Shown: positions 1-16,500 of the stretch, piece by piece | Position numbering within the stretch: position 1 is the stretch's first letter | Layout: every line of letters begins with the position of its first letter | Assembly (NCBI GenBank): GCA_964016885.1 | Contig: OZ024744.1 | Location: 24,428,001-24,492,000, forward strand | DNA: 64,000 nt | Reading direction: 5' to 3' | Source: Eledone cirrhosa | Lineage: Eukaryota | Program-made: the position numbers and the translations under genes | The notes under the pieces: generated by a model | The model's input: only the letters and a program-made list of their open reading frames with translations | Told to the model about the DNA's origin: nothing | Database searches by the model: none

Positions 1-2477
1 ATCTTAAAACATAACTAGTCTTAACAACAGTAGAATCTTAAGAACTGACTCGTTTTAACAACAGTTGAATCTGAAGAAGTGACTCGTTTTAACAACAGTT
101 GTATCTGAAGATAAAACTCGTTTAACAACAGTTGAATCTTAAGAACTTACTCGTTTTAACAACAATTGAATCTTAAGATAAAACTCGTTTTAACAACAGT
201 TGAATCTTAAGAACTGACTCGTTTTAACAACAATTGAATCTTAAGATAACATTCGTTTTAGCAACAGTTGACTCTTAAGAACTGACTAGTTTTAACGACA
301 GTTGAATCTTAAGATAAACCTCGTTTTAACAACGGTTGAATCTTAAGAACTGACTCGTTTTAACAACAGTTGAATGTTAAGATAAAACATCATTTTAACA
401 ACAGTTGAATCTTAAAATAAAACTCGTTTTAACAACAGTTGATTCTTAAGAACTGCCTTGTGTTAACAACAGTTGAATCTTAAGAACTGATTCGTTTTAA
501 CAGCAGTTGAATCTTAAGAACTGACTCGTTTTAACAACAGTTGACCTTTAAGAACTGACTCGTTTTAACAACTGATGAATATTAAGAGAAAACTGGTTTT
601 AACAACAGTTGAATTTTAAGAACTGACTCGTTTTAACAACAGTTGAATCTGAAGAACTGACTCGTTTTAACAACAATTTATCTGAAGATAAAACTCGTTT
701 AACAACAGTTGAATCTTAAGAACTGGTTCGTTTTAGCAACACTTGTATCTTATGATACAACTCGTTTTAACAACAGTTGAATATTAAGAACTGACTCGTT
801 TTAACAGCAATTGAATCTTGAGATAAAACTCGTTTTAACAACAGTTAAATCTTAAGAACTGATTCGTTTTAACAACAATTGAATCTGAAGTTAACATTCA
901 TGTTAACAACAGTTGAATCTTAAGACAAAACTCGTTTTAACAACAGTTCAACCTTAAGAACTGTGTGGTTTTAAAACAGTTGAATCCTGAGATAACATTT
1001 GTTTTAACAACAGTTGAATCTTAAGAACTGACTCGTTATAACGACAGTTGAATCTTAAGATAAACCTCGTTTTAACAACAGTTGAATCTTAAGAACTGAC
1101 TCATTTTAACAACAGTTGAATCTCAAGATAAAACATCATTTTAACAACAGTTGAATCTTAAAATAAAACTCGTTTTAACAACAGTTGAATCTTAAGAACT
1201 GACTCGTTTTAACAACAGTTGAATCTTAAGAACTGACTCGTTTTAACAACAATTCAAACTTAAGAACTGACTCGTTTTAAAACAGTTGTATCTTAAGATA
1301 ACACTCGTTTTAACAACAGTAGAATCTTAAGAACTGACTCGTTTTAACAACTGATGAACCTTAAGATAAAACTCGTTTTCACAACAGTTGAATCTTAAGA
1401 ACTGACTCGTTTTAACAACAATTGAATCTTAAGATAAAACTCGTTTTAACAAAAGTTGAATCTTAAGAAGTGACTCATTTTAACAACAGTTGAATCTTAA
1501 GATAATCATCATTTTAACAACAGTTGAATCTTAAAATAAAACTCGTTTTAACAAAAGTTGAATCTTAAGAACTGACTCGTTTTAACAACAGTTGAATCTG
1601 AAGTAGTGACTCGTTTTAACAACAGTTGTATCTGAAGATAAAACTCGTTTAATAACAGTTGAATCTTAAGAACTGGCTCGTTTTAACAACACTTGTATCT
1701 TATGATACAACTCGTTTTAACAACAGTTGAATCTTAAGATAAAACTCGTTTTAACAACAGTTGAATCTTAAGAGGTGACTCGTTTTAACAACAATTGAAT
1801 CTTAAGATAACATTCGTTTTAGCAACAGTTGAATCTTAAGAACTGACTCGTTTTAACGACAGTTGAATCTTAAGATAAACCTCGTTTTAACAACGGTTGA
1901 ATCTTAAGAACTGACTCGATTAACAACAGTTGAATCTTAAGATAAAACATCATTTTAACAACAGTTGAATCTTAAAATAAAACTCGTTTTAACAACAGTT
2001 GAATCTGAAGAACTGACTCGTTTTTACAACAATTGTATCTGAAGATAAAACTCGTTTAACAACAGTTGAATCTTAAGAACTGGCTCGTTTTAGCAACACT
2101 TGTATCTTATGATACAACTCGTTTTAACAACAATTGAATCTTGAGATGAAACTCGTTTTAACAACAGTTAAATCTTAAGAACTGATTCGTTTTAACAACA
2201 ATTGAATCTGAAGTTAACATTCGTTTTAACAACAGTTGAATCTTAAGAACTGACTCGTTTTAACAACAGTTGAATCTTAAGACAAAACTCGTTTTAACAA
2301 CAGTTGAATCTTAAGAACTGACTCGTTTTAACAACAGTTCAACCTTAAGAACTGACTGGTTTTAAAACAGTTGAATCTTAAGATAACACTCGTTTTAACA
2401 ACAGTTGAATCTTAAAATAAAACTCGTTTTAACAACAGATGATTCTCAAGAACTGACTCGTTTTAACAACAGTTGAA

Positions 2478-5400
2478 TCTTAAGATAAAACTCGTTTTAA
2501 CAACAGTTGAATCATAAGAACAGACTCGTTTTAACAACAGATGAATCTTAAGATAAACATCGTTTTAACAACAGTTGAATCTTAAGACAAAACTCCTTTT
2601 AGCAACAGTTGAATCTTAAGAACTGACTCGTTTTAACAACAGTTCAACCTTAAGAACTGACTGGTTTTAAAACAGTTGAATCTTAAGATAACACTCGTTT
2701 TAACAACAGTTGAATCTTAAAATAAAACTCGTTTTAACAACAGATGATTCTCAAGAACTGACTCGTTTTAACAACAGTTGAATCTTAAGATAAAACTCGT
2801 TTTAACAACAGTTGAATCATAAGAACTGACTCGTTTTAACAACAGTTGATTCCTAAGATAAACATCGTTTTAACAACGGTTGAATCTTAAGAACTGACTC
2901 GTATTAACAACAGTTCAACCTTAAGAAGTGATTAGTTTTAACAACAGTTGAATCTTAAAATAAAACTCGTTTTAACAACATTTGAATCTTAAGAAGTGAC
3001 TCGTTTTAACAACAGTTGAATCCTAAGATAACGTTCGTTTTAACAACAGTTTAATCTTAAGAACTGACTCGTTATAACGACAGTTGAATCTTAAGATAAA
3101 CCTCGTTTTAACAACAGTTGAATTTTAAGAACTGACTCATTTTAACAAAAGTTGAATCTTAAGAAGTGACTCATTTTAACAACAGTTGAATCTTAAGATA
3201 ATCATCATTTTAACAACAGTTGAATCTTAAAATAAAACTCGTTTTAACAACAGTTGAATCTTAAGAACTGACTCGTTTTAACAACAATTGAATCTTAAGA
3301 TAAAGCTCGTTTTAACAAAGGTTGAATCTGAAGAACTTACTCGTTTTAACAAGAGTTGAATCTTAAGAACTGACTCGTTTTAACAACAATTCATCCTTAA
3401 GAACTGACTAGTTTTAACAACAGTTGAATCCTAAAATAAAACTCGTTTTAACAACAGTTGAATCTTAAGAACTGACTCGTTTTAACAACAGTTGAATCTG
3501 AAGAGGTGACTCGTTTTAACAACAGTTGTATCTGAAGATAAAACTCGTTTAACAACAGTTGAATCTTAAGAACTGGCTCGTTTTAACAACACTTGTGTCT
3601 TATGATACAACTCGTTTTAACAACAGTTGAATCTTAAAATAAAACTCGTTTTAACCATAGTTGAATCTTAAGAACTGCCTTGTGTTAACAACAGTTGAAT
3701 CTTAAGAACTGATTCGTTTTAACAGCAGTTGAATCTTAAGAACTGACTCGTTTTAACAACAGTTGAATTTTAAGAACTGACTCGTTTTAACAACTGATGA
3801 ATATTAAGATAAAACTGGTTTTAACAACAGTTGAATCTTAAGAACTGACTCGTTTTAACAACAGTTGAATCTGAAGAACTGACTTGTTTTAACAACAATT
3901 GTATCTGAAGATAAAACTCGTTTAACAACAGTTGAATCTTAAGAACTGGCTCGTTTTAGCAACACTTGTATCTTATGATACAACTCGTTTTAACAACAGT
4001 TGAATATTAAGAACTGACTCGTTTTAACAGCAATTGAATCTTGAGATAAAACTCGTTTTAACAACAGTTAAATCTTAAGAACTGATTCGTTTTAACAACA
4101 ATTGAATCTGAAGTTAACATTCGTTTTAACAACACTTGAATCTTAAGAACTGACTCGTTTTAACAACAGTTGAATCTTAAGACAAAACTCGTTTTAACAA
4201 CAGTTGAATCGTAAGAACTGACTCGTTTTAACAACAGTTCAACCTTAAGAACTGACTGGTTTTAAAACAGTTGAATCTTAATATAACACTCGTTTTAACA
4301 ACAGTTGAATCTTAAAATAAATCTCGTTTTAACAACAGATGATTCTCAAGAACTGACTCGTTTTAACAACAGTTGAATCTTAAGATAAAACTCGTTTTAA
4401 CAACAGTTGAATCATAAGAACTGACTCGTTTTAACAACAGTTGAATCTTAAGATAAACATCGTTTTAACAACAGTTGAATCTTAAGACAAAACTCGTTTT
4501 AACAACAGTTGAATCTGAAGAAGTGACTCGTTTTAACAACAGTTGTATCTGAAGATACAACTCGTTTTAACAACAGTTGAATCTTAAGAACTGGCTCGTT
4601 TTAACAACACTTGTATCTTATGATACAACTCGTTTTAACAACAGTTGAATCTTAAGAACTTACTCGTTTTAACAACAATTGAATCTTAAGATAAAACTCG
4701 TTTTAACAACAGTTGAATCTTAAGAACTGACTCGTTTTAACAACAATTGAATCTTAAGATAACATTCGTTTTAGCAACAGTTGAATCTTAAGAACTGACT
4801 CGTTTTAACAACAGTTGAATCTTAAGATAAACCTCGTTTTAACAACGGTTGAATCTTAAGAACTGACTCGTTTTAACAACAGTTGAATCTTAAGATAAAA
4901 CATCATTTTAACAACAGTTGAATCTTAAAATAAAACTCGTTTTAACAACAGTTGAATCTTAAGAACTGCCTTGTGTTAACAACAGTTGAATCTTAAGAAC
5001 TGATTCGTTTTAACAGCAGTTGAATCTTCAGAACTGAGTCGTTTTAACAACAGTTGAATTTTAAGAACTGACTCGTTTTAACAACTGATGAATATTAAGA
5101 TAAAACTGGTTTTAACAACAGTTGAATCTTAAGAACTGACTCGTTTTAACAACAGTTGAATCTGAAGAACTGACTCGTTTTAACAACAATTGTATCTGAA
5201 GATAAAACTCGTTTAACAACAGTTGAATCTTAAGAACTGGCTCGTTTTAGCAACACTTGTATCTTATGATACAACTCGTTTTAACAACAGTTGAATATTA
5301 AGAACTGACTCGTTTTAACAGCAATTGAATCTTGAGATAAAACTCGTTTTAACAACAGTTAAATCTTAAGAACTGATTCGTTTTAACAACAATTGAATCT

Positions 5401-8400
5401 GAAGTTAACATTCGTTTTAACAACAGTTGAATCTTAAGAACTGACTCGTTTTAACAACAGTTGAATCTTAAGATAAAACTCGTTTTAACAACAATTGAAT
5501 CTTAAGAACTGACTCGTTTTAACAACAGTACAACCTTAAGAACTGACTAGTTTTAACAACAGTTGAATCTTAAAATAAAACTCGTTTTAACAACATTTGA
5601 ATCTTAAGAACTGACTCGTTTTAACAACGGTTGAATCTTAACATAAAACTGGTTTTAACAACAGTTGAATCTTAACAAGTGACTCGTTTTAAAAACAATT
5701 GAATCATAAGATAAACCTCGTTTTAACAACAGTTGAATCTTAAGAACTGACTCGTTTTAACAACAGTTGAATCCTAAGATGACATTCGTTTTAACAACAG
5801 TTGAATCTTAAGAACTGAGTCGTTTTAACAACAGTTCAACCTTAAGAACTGACTGGTTTTAAAACAGTTGAATCTTAAGATAACACTCGTTTTAACAACA
5901 GTTGAATCTTAAAATAAAACTCGTTTTAACAACAGATGATTCTCAAGAACTGACTCGTTTTAACAACAGATGATTCTCAAGAACTGACTCGTTTTAACAA
6001 CAGTTGAATCTTAAGATAAAACTCGTTTTAACAACAGTTGAATCATAAGAACTGACTCGTTTTAACAACAGTTGAATCTTAAGATAAACATCGTTTTAAC
6101 AACAGTTGAATGTTAAGAACTGACTCGTTTTAACAACAGTTGAATCTTAAGATAAAACTCGTTTTAACAACAGTTGAATCGTAAGAACTGACTCGTTTTA
6201 ACAACAGTTGAATCTTAAGATAAAACTCGTTTTAACAACAGTTGAATCTTAAGAACTTACTCGTTTTAACAACAATTGAATCTTAAGATAAAACTCGTTT
6301 TACCAACAGTTGAATCTTAAGAACTGACTCGTTTTAACAACAATTGAATCTTAAGATAACATTCGTTTTAGCAACAGTTTAATCTTAAGAACTGACTCGT
6401 TTTAACGACAGTTGAATCTTAAGATAAACCTCGTTTTAACAACGGTTGAATCTTAAGATAAAACTCGTTTTAACAACAGTTGAATCATAAGAACTGACTC
6501 GTTTTAACAACAGATGAATCTTAAGATAAACATCGTTTTAACAACAGTTGAATCTTAAGACAAAACTCCTTTTAGCAACAGTTGAATCTTAAGAACTGAC
6601 TCGTTTTAACAACAGTTCAACCTTAAGAACTGACTGGTTTTAAAACAGTTGAATCTTAAGATAACACTCGTTTTAACAACAGTTGAATCTTAAAATAAAA
6701 CTCGTTTTAACAACAGATGATTCTCAAGAACTGACTCGTTTTAACAACAGTTGAATCTTAAGATAAAACTCGTTTTAACAACAGTTGAATCATAAGAACT
6801 GACTCGTTTTAACAACAGTTGATTCCTAAGATAAACATCGTTTTAACAACGGTTGAATCTTAAGAACTGACTCGTATTAACAACAGTTCAACCTTAAGAA
6901 GTGATTAGTTTTAACAACAGTTGAATCTTAAAATAAAACTCGTTTTAACAACATTTGAATCTTAAGAAGTGACTCGTTTTAACAACAGTTGAATCCTAAG
7001 ATAACGTTCGTTTTAACAACAGTTGAATCTTAAGAACTGACTCGTTATAACGACAGTTGAATCTTAAGATAAACCTCGTTTTAACAACAGTTGAATTTTA
7101 AGAACTGACTCATTTTAACAAAAGTTGAATCTTAAGAAGTGACTCATTTTAACAACAGTTGAATCTTAAGATAATCATCATTTTAACAACAGTTGAATCT
7201 TAAAATAAAACTCGTTTTAACAACAGTTGAATCTTAAGAACTGACTCGTTTTAACAACAGTACAACTTTAAGAACTGACTCGTTTTAAAACAGTTGAATC
7301 TTAAGATAACACTCGTTTTAACAACAGTTTAATCTTCAGAACTGACTGAGTTTTAAGAACAGTTGAATCTTAAGATAACACTCGTTTTAACAACAGTTGA
7401 ATCTTAAGAACTGACTCGTTTTAACAACAATTGAATCTTAAGATAAAGCTCGTTTTAACAAAGGTTGAATCTGAAGAACTTACTCGTTTTAACAAGAGTT
7501 GAATCTTAAGAACTGACTCGTTTTAACAACAATTCATCCTTAAGAACTGACTAGTTTTAACAACAGTTGAATCCTAAAATAAAACTCGTTTTAACAACAG
7601 TTGAATCTTAAGAACTGACTCGTTTTAACAACAGTTGAATCTGAAGAGGTGACTCGTTTTAACAACAGTTGTATCTGAAGATAAAACTCGTTTAACAACA
7701 GTTGAATCTTAAGAGGTGGCTCGTTTTAACAACACTTGTATCTTATGATACAACTCGTTTTAACAACAGTTGAATCTTAAAATAAAACTCGTTTTAACAA
7801 CAGTTGAATCTTAAGAACTGCCTTGTGTTAACAACAGTTGAATCTTAAGAACTGATTCGTTTTAACAGCAGTTGAATCTTAAGAACTGACTCGTTTTAAC
7901 AACAGTTGAATTTTAAGAACTGACTCGTTTTAACAACTGATGAATATTAAGATAAAACTGGTTTTAACAACAGTTGAATCTTAAGAACTGACTCGTTTTA
8001 ACAACAGTTGAATCTGAAGAACTGACTTGTTTTAACAACAATTGTATCTGAAGATAAAACTCGTTTAACAACAGTTGAATCTTAAGAACTGGCTCGTTTT
8101 AGCAACACTTGTATCTTATGATACAACTCGTTTTAACAACAGTTGAATATTAAGAACTGACTCGTTTTAACAGCAATTGAATCTTGAGATAAAACTCGTT
8201 TTAACAACAGTTAAATCTTAAGAACTGATTCGTTTTAACAACAATTGAATCTGAAGTTAACATTCGTTTTAACAACAGTTGAATCTTAAGAACTGACTCG
8301 TTTTAACAACAGTTGAATCTTAAGACAAAACTCGTTTTAACAACAGTTGAATCGTAAGAACTGACTCGTTTTAACAACAGTTCAACCTTAAGAACTGACT

Positions 8401-10565
8401 GGTTTTAAAACAGTTGAATCTTAATATAACACTCGTTTTAACAACAGTTGAATCTTAAAATAAATCTCGTTTTAACAACAGATGATTCTCAAGAACTGAC
8501 TCGTTTTAACAACAGTTGAATCTTAAGATAAAACTCGTTTTAACAACAGTTGAATCATAAGAACTGACTCGTTTTAACAACAGTTGAATCTTAAGATAAA
8601 CATCGTTTTAACAACAGTTGAATCTTAAGACAAAACTCGTTTTAACAACAGTTGAATCTGAAGAAGTGACTCGTTTTAACAACAGTTGTATCTGAAGATA
8701 AAACTCGTTTAACAACAGTTGAATCTTAAGAACTGGCTCGTTTTAACAACACTTGTATCTTATGATACAACTCGTTTTAACAACAGTTGAATCTTAAGAA
8801 CTTACTCGTTTTAACAACAATTGAATCTTAAGATAAAACTCGTTTTAACAACAGTTGAATCTTAAGAACTGACTCGTTTTAACAACAATTGAATCTTAAG
8901 ATAACATTCGTTTTAGCAACAGTTGAATCTTAAGAACTGACTCGTTTTAACAACAGTTGAATCTTAAGATAAACCTCGTTTTAACAACGGTTGAATCTTA
9001 AGAACTGACTCGTTTTAACAACAGTTGAATCTTAAGATAAAACATCATTTTAACAACAGTTGAATCTTAAAATAAAACTCGTTTTAACAACAGTTGAATC
9101 TTAAGAACTGCCTTGTGTTAAGAACAGTTGAATCTTAAGAACTGATTCGTTTTAACAGCAGTTGAATCTTCAGAACTGAGTCGTTTTAACAACAGTTGAA
9201 TTTTAAGAACTGACTCGTTTTAACAACTGATGAATATTAAGATAAAACTGGTTTTAACAACAGTTGAATCTTAAGAACTGACTCGTTTTAACAATAGTTG
9301 AATCTGAAGAACTGACTCGTTTTAACAACAATTGTATCTGAAGATAAAACTCGTTTAACAACAGTTGAATCTTAAGAACTGGCTCGTTTTAGCAACACTT
9401 GTATCTTATGATACAACTCGTTTTAACAACAGTTGAATATTAAGAACTGACTCGTTTTAACAGCAATTGAATCTTGAGATAAAACTCGTTTTAACAACAG
9501 TTAAATCTTAAGAACTGATTCGTTTTAACAACAATTGAATCTGAAGTTAACATTCGTTTTAACAACAGTTGAATCTTAAGAACTGACTCGTTTTAACAAC
9601 AGTTGAATCTTAAGATAAAACTCGTTTTAACAACAGTTGAATCTTAAGAACTGACTCGTTTTAACAACAGTACAACCTTAAGAACTGACTAGTTTTAACA
9701 ACAGTTGAATCTTAAAATAAAACTCGTTTTAACAACATTTGAATCTTAAGAACTGACTCGTTTTAACAACGGTTGAATCTTAACATAAAACTGATTTTAA
9801 CAACAGTTGAATCTTAACAAGTTACTCGTTTTAAAAACAATTGAATCATAAGATAAACCTCGTTTTAACAACAGTTGAATCTTAAGAACTGACTCGTTTT
9901 AACAACAGTTGAATCCTAAGATGACATTCGTTTTAACAACAGTTGAATCTTAAGAACTGAGTCGTTTTAACAACAGTTCAACCTTAAGAACTGACTGGTT
10001 TTAAAACAGTTGAATCTTAAGATAACACTCGTTTTAACAACAGTTGAATCTTAAAATAAAACTCGTTTTAACAACAGATCATTCTCAAGAACTGACTCGT
10101 TTTAACAACAGTTGAATCTTAAGATAAAACTCGTTTTAACAACATTTGAATCATAAGAACTGACTCGTTTTAACAACAGTTGAATCTTAAGATAAACATC
10201 GTTTTAACAACAGTTGAATGTTAAGAACCGACTCGTTTTAACAACAGTTGAATCTTAAGATAAAACTCGTTTTAACAACAGTTGAATCGTAAGAACTGAC
10301 TCGTTTTAACAACAGTTGAATCTTAAGATAAAACTCGTTTTAACAACAGTTGAATCTTAAGAACTTACTCGTTTTAACAACAATTGAATCTTAAGATAAA
10401 ACTCGTTTTACCAACAGTTGAATCTTAAGAACTGACTCGTTTTAACAACAATTGAATCTTAAGATAACATTCGTTTTAGCAACAGTTTAATCTTAAGAAC
10501 TGACTCGATTTAACGACAGTTGAATCTTAAGATAAACCTCGTTTTAACAACGGTTGAATCTTAAG
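2478..10565 (+). repeat. Tandem duplication A: ~4.0-4.1 kb unit x2 (junction ~6,455)
   Basis: Marker offsets: GATTCCT 2848/6821 (3973), TCATCC 3391/7534 (4143), GAGTC 5036/9178 (4142), TACCAAC 6301/10409 (4108). Offset changes are almost entirely whole monomers. Confidence 0.88.
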
Positions 10566-13500
10566 AACTGACTCGTTTTAACAACAGTTGAATCTTAAGA
10601 TAAAACATCATTTTAACAACAGTTGAATCTTAAAATAAAACTCGTTTTAACAACAGTTGAATCTTAAGAACTGCCTTGTGTTAACAACAGTTGAATCGTA
10701 AGAACTGATTCGTTTTAACAGCAGTTGAATCTTAAGAACTGACTCGTTTTAACAACAGTTGAATCTTAAGACACAACTCGTTTTAACAACAGTTGAATCT
10801 TAAGAACTGACTCGTTTTAACAACAGTTCAACCTTAAGAACTGACTGGTTTTAAAACAGTTGAATCTTAAGTTAACACTCGTTTTAACAACAGTTGAATC
10901 TTAAAATAAAACTCGTTTTAACAACAGATGATTCTCAAGAACTGACTCGTTTTAACAACAGTTGAATCTTAAGACAAAACTCGTTTTAACAACAGTTGAA
11001 TCTGAAGAAGTGACTCGTTTTAACAACAGTTGTATCTGAAGATAAAACTCGTTTAACAACAGTTGAATCTTAAGAACTGGCTCGTTTTAACAACACTTGT
11101 ATTATGATACAACTCGTTTTAACAACAGTTGAATCTTAAGAACTTACTCGTTTTAACAACAATTGAATCTTAAGATAAAACTCGTTTTAACAACAGTTGA
11201 ATCTTAAGAACTGACTCGTTTTAACAACAATTGAATCTTAAGATAACATTCGTTTTAGCCATAGTTGAATGTTAAGAACTGACTCGTTTTAACGACAGTT
11301 GAATCTTAAGAACTGACTCGTTTTAACAACAGTTGAATCTTAAGATAAAACATCATTTTAACAACAGTTGAATCTTAAAATAAAACTCGTTTTAACAACA
11401 GTTGAATCTTAAGAACTGACTCGTTTTAACAACAGTTCAACCTTAAGAACTGACTGGTTTTATAACAGTTGAATCTTAAGAACTGATTCGTTATAACAGC
11501 AGTTGAATCTTAAGAACTGACTCGTTTTAACAACAGTTGAATTTTAAGAACTGACTCGTTTTAACAACTGATGAATATTAAGATAAAACCGGTTTTAACA
11601 ACAGTTGAATCTTAAGAACTGACTCGTTTTAACAACAGTTGAATCTGAAGAACTGACTCGTTTTAACAACAATTGTATCTGAAGATAAAACTCGTTTAAC
11701 AACAGTTGAATCTTAAGAACTGGCTCGTTTTAGCAACACTTGTATCTTATGATACAACTCTTTTTAACAGCAATTGAATCTTGAGATAAAACTCGTTATA
11801 ACAACAGTTAAATCTTAAGAACTGATTCGTTTTAACAACAATTGAATTTGAAATTAACATTCGTTTTAACAACAGTTGAATCTTAAAATAAAACTCGTTT
11901 TAACAACAGTTGAATCTTAAGAACTGACTCGTTTTAACAACAATTCAACCTTAAGAACTGACTCGTTTTAAAACAGTTGAATCTTAAGATAACACTCGTT
12001 TTAACAACAGTTGAATCTTCAGAACTGACTCGTTTTAACAACAGTTCAACCTTAAGAACTGACTGGTTTTAAAACAGTTGAATCTTAAGATAACACTCGT
12101 TTTAACAACAGTTGAATCTTAAAATAAAACTCGTTTTAACAACAGATGATTCTCAAGAACTGACTCGTTTTAACAACAGTTGAATCTTAAGATAAAACTC
12201 GTTTTAACAACAGTTGAATCATAAGAACTGACTCGTTTTAACAACAGTTGAATCATAAGATAAACATCGTTTTAACAACAGTTGAATCTTAAGACAAAAC
12301 TCGTTTTAACAACAGTTGAATCTTAAGAACTGACTCGTTTTAACAACAGTTCAACCTTAAGAACTGACTGGTTTTAAAACAGTTGAATCTTAAGATAACA
12401 CTCGTTTTAACAACAGTTGAATCTTAAAATAAAACTCGTTTTAATAACAGATGATTCTCAAGAACTGACTCGTTTTAACAACAGTTGAATCTTAAGACAA
12501 AACTCGTTTTAACAACAGTTGAATCTTAAGAAATGACTCGTTTTAACAACAGTTCAACCTTAAGAACTGACTGGTTTTAAAACGGTTGAATCTTAAGATA
12601 ACACTCGTTTTAACAACAGTTGAATCTTAAAATAAAACTCGTTTTAACAACAGTTGAATCTTAAGAACTGACTCGTTTTAACAACAGTTGAATCTTAAGA
12701 CAAAACTCGTTTTAACAACAGCGAATCTTAAGAAATGACTCGTTTTAACAACAGTTCAACCATAAGAACTGACTTGTTTTAAAACAGTTGAATCTTAAGA
12801 TAACACTCGTTTTAACAACAGTTGAATCTTAAAATAAAACTCGTTTTAACAACAGATGACTCTCAAGAACTGACTCGTTTTAACACCAGTTGAATCTTAA
12901 GATAAAACTCGTTTTAACAACAGTTGAATCATAAGAACTGACTCGTTTTAACAACAGTTGAATCTTAAGATAAACATCGTTTTAACAACAGTTCAATCTT
13001 AAGACAAAACTCGTTTTAACAACAGTTGAATCTGAAGAAGTGACTCGTTTTAACAACAGTTGTATCTGAAGATAAAACTCGTTTAACAACAGTTGAATCT
13101 TAAGAACTGGCTCGTTTTAACAACACTTGTACCTTATGATACAACTCGTTTTAACAAACAGTTGAATCTTAAGAACTTACTCGTTTTAACAACAATTGGA
13201 TCTTAAGATAAACCTCGTTTTAACAACGGTTGAATCTTAAAATAAAACTCGTTTTAACAACAGTTGAATCTTAAGATAAAACATCATTTTAACAACAGTT
13301 GAATCTTAAAATAAAACTCGTTTTAACAACAGTTGAATTTTAAGAACTGACTCGTTTTAACAACTGATGAATATTAAGATAAAACTGGTTTTAACAACAG
13401 TTGAATCTTAAGAACTGACTCGTTTTAACAACAGTTGAATCTGAAGAACTGACTCGTTTTAACAACAATTGTATCTGAAGATAAAACTCGTTTAACAACA

Positions 13501-16500
13501 GTTGAATCTTAAGAACTGGCTCGTTTTAGCAACACTTGTATCTTATGATACAACTCGTTTTAACAACAGTTGAATATTAAGAACTGACTCGTTTTAACAG
13601 CAATTGAATCTTGAGATAAAACTCGTTTTAACAACAGTTAAATCTTAAGAACTGATTCGTTTTAACAACAATTGAATCTGAAGTTAACATTCGTTTTAAC
13701 AACAGTTGAATCTTAAGAACTGACTCGTTTTAACAACAGTTGAATCTTAAGACAAAACTCGTTTTAACAACAGTTGAATCTTAAGAACTGACTCGTTTTA
13801 ACAACAGTTCAACCTTAAGAACTGACTGGTTTTAAAACAGTTGAATCTTAAGATAACATTCGGTTTAATAACAGATGATTCTCAAGAACTGACTCGTTTT
13901 AACAACAGTTGAATCTTAAGATAAAACTCGTTTTAACAACAGTTGAATCATAAGAACTGACTCGTTTTAACGACAGTTGAATCTTAAGATAAACCTCGTT
14001 TTAACAACGGTTGAATCTTAAGAACTGACTCGTTTTAACAACAGTTGAATCTTAAGATAAAACATCATTTTAACAACAGTTGAATCTTAAAATAAAACTC
14101 GTTTTAACAACAGTTGAATCTTAAGAACTGCCTTGTGTTAACAACAGTTGAATCGTAAGAACTGATTCGTTTTAACAGCAGTTGAATCTTAAGAACTGAC
14201 TCGTTTTAACAACAGTTGAATCTTAAGACACAACTCGTTTTAACAACAGTTGAATCTTAAGAACTGACTCGTTTTAACAACAGTTCAACCTTAAGAACTG
14301 ACTGGTTTTAAAACAGTTGAATCTTAAGTTAACACTCGTTTTAACAACAGTTGAATCTTAAAATAAAACTCGTTTTAACAACAGATGATTCTCAAGAACT
14401 GACTCGTTTTAACAACAGTTGAATCTTAAGCCAAAACTCGTTTTAACAACAGTTGAATCTGAAGAAGTGACTCGTTTTAACAACAGTTGTATCTGAAGAT
14501 AAAACTCGTTTAACAACAGTTGAATCTTAAGAACTGGCTCGTTTTAACAACACTTGTATTATGATACAACTCGTTTTAACAACAGTTGAATCTTAAGAAC
14601 TTACTCGTTTTAACAACAATTGAATCTTAAGATAAAACTCGTTTTAACAACAGTTGAATCTTAAGAACTGACTCGTTTTAACAACAATTGAATCTTAAGA
14701 TAACATTCGTTTTAGCCATAGTTGAATCTTAAGAACTGACTCGTTTTAACGACAGTTGAATCTTAAGATAAACCTCGTTTTAACAACGGTTGAATCTTAA
14801 GAACTGACTCGTTTTAACAACAGTTGAATCTTAAGATAAAACATCATCTTAACAACAGTTGAATCTTAAAATAAAACTCGTTTTAACAACAGTTGAATCT
14901 TAAGAACTGACTCGTTTTAACAACAGTTCAACCTTAAGAACTGACTGGTTTTAAAACAGTTGAATCTTAAGAACTGATTCGTTATAACAGCAGTTGAATC
15001 TTAAGAACTGACTCGTTTTAACAACAGTTGAATTTTAAGAACTGACTCGTTTTAACAACTGATGAATATTAAGATAAAACCGGTTTTAACAACAGTTGAA
15101 TCTTAAGAACTGACTCGTTTTAACAACAATTGTATCTGAAGATAAAACTCGTTTAACAACAGTTGAATCTTAAGAACTGGCTCGTTTTAGCAACACTTGT
15201 ATCTTATGATACAACTCGTTTTAACAGCAATTGAATCTTGAGATAAAACTCGTTATAACAACAGTTAAATCTTAAGAACTGATTCGTTTTAACAACAATT
15301 GAATTTGAAATTAACATTCGTTTTAACAACAGTTGAATCTTAAAATAAAACTCGTTTTAACAACAGTTGAATCTTAAGAACTGACTCGTTTTAACAACAA
15401 TTCAACCTTAAGAACTGACTCGTTTTAAAACAGTTGAATCTTAAGATAACACTCGTTTTAACAACAGTTGAATCTTCAGAACTGACTCGTTTTAACAACA
15501 GTTCAACCTTAAGAACTGACTGGTTTTAAAACAGTTGAATCTTAAGATAACACTCGTTTTAACAACAGTTGAATCTTAAAATAAAACTCGTTTTAACAAC
15601 AGATGATTCTCAAGAACTGACTCGTTTTAACAACAGTTGAATCTTAAGATAAAACTCGTTTTAACAACAGTTGAATCATAAGAACTGACTCGTTTTAACA
15701 ACAGTTGAATCATAAGATAAACATCGTTTTAACAACAGTTGAATCTTAAGACAAAACTCGTTTTAACAACAGTTGAATCTTAAGAACTGACTCGTTTTAA
15801 CAACAGTTCAACCTTAAGAACTGACTGGTTTTAAAACAGTTGAATCTTAAGATAACACTCGTTTTAACAACAGTTGAATCTTAAAATAAAACTCGTTTTA
15901 ATAACAGATGATTCTCAAGAACTGACTCGTTTTAACAACAGTTGAATCTTAAGACAAAACTCGTTTTAACAACAGTTGAATCTTAAGAAATGACTCGTTT
16001 TAACAACAGTTCAACCTTAAGAACTGACTGGTTTTAAAACGGTTGAATCTTAAGATAACACTCGTTTTAACAACAGTTGAATCTTAAAATAAAACTCGTT
16101 TTAACAACAGTTGAATCTTAAGAACTGACTCGTTTTAACAACAGTTGAATCTTAAGACAAAACTCGTTTTAACAACAGCGAATCTTAAGAAATGACTCGT
16201 TTTAACAACAGTTCAACCATAAGAACTGACTGGTTTTAAAACAGTTGAATCTTAAGATAACACTCGTTTTAACAACAGTTGAATCTTAAAATAAAACTCG
16301 TTTTAACAACAGATGACTCTCAAGAACTGACTCGTTTTAACAACAGTTGAATCTTAAGATAAAACTCGTTTTAACAACAGTTGAATCATAAGAACTGACT
16401 CGTTTTAACAACAGTTGAATCTTAAGATAAACATCGTTTTAACAACAGTTCAATCTTAAGACAAAACTCGTTTTAACAACAGTTGAATCTGAAGAAGTGA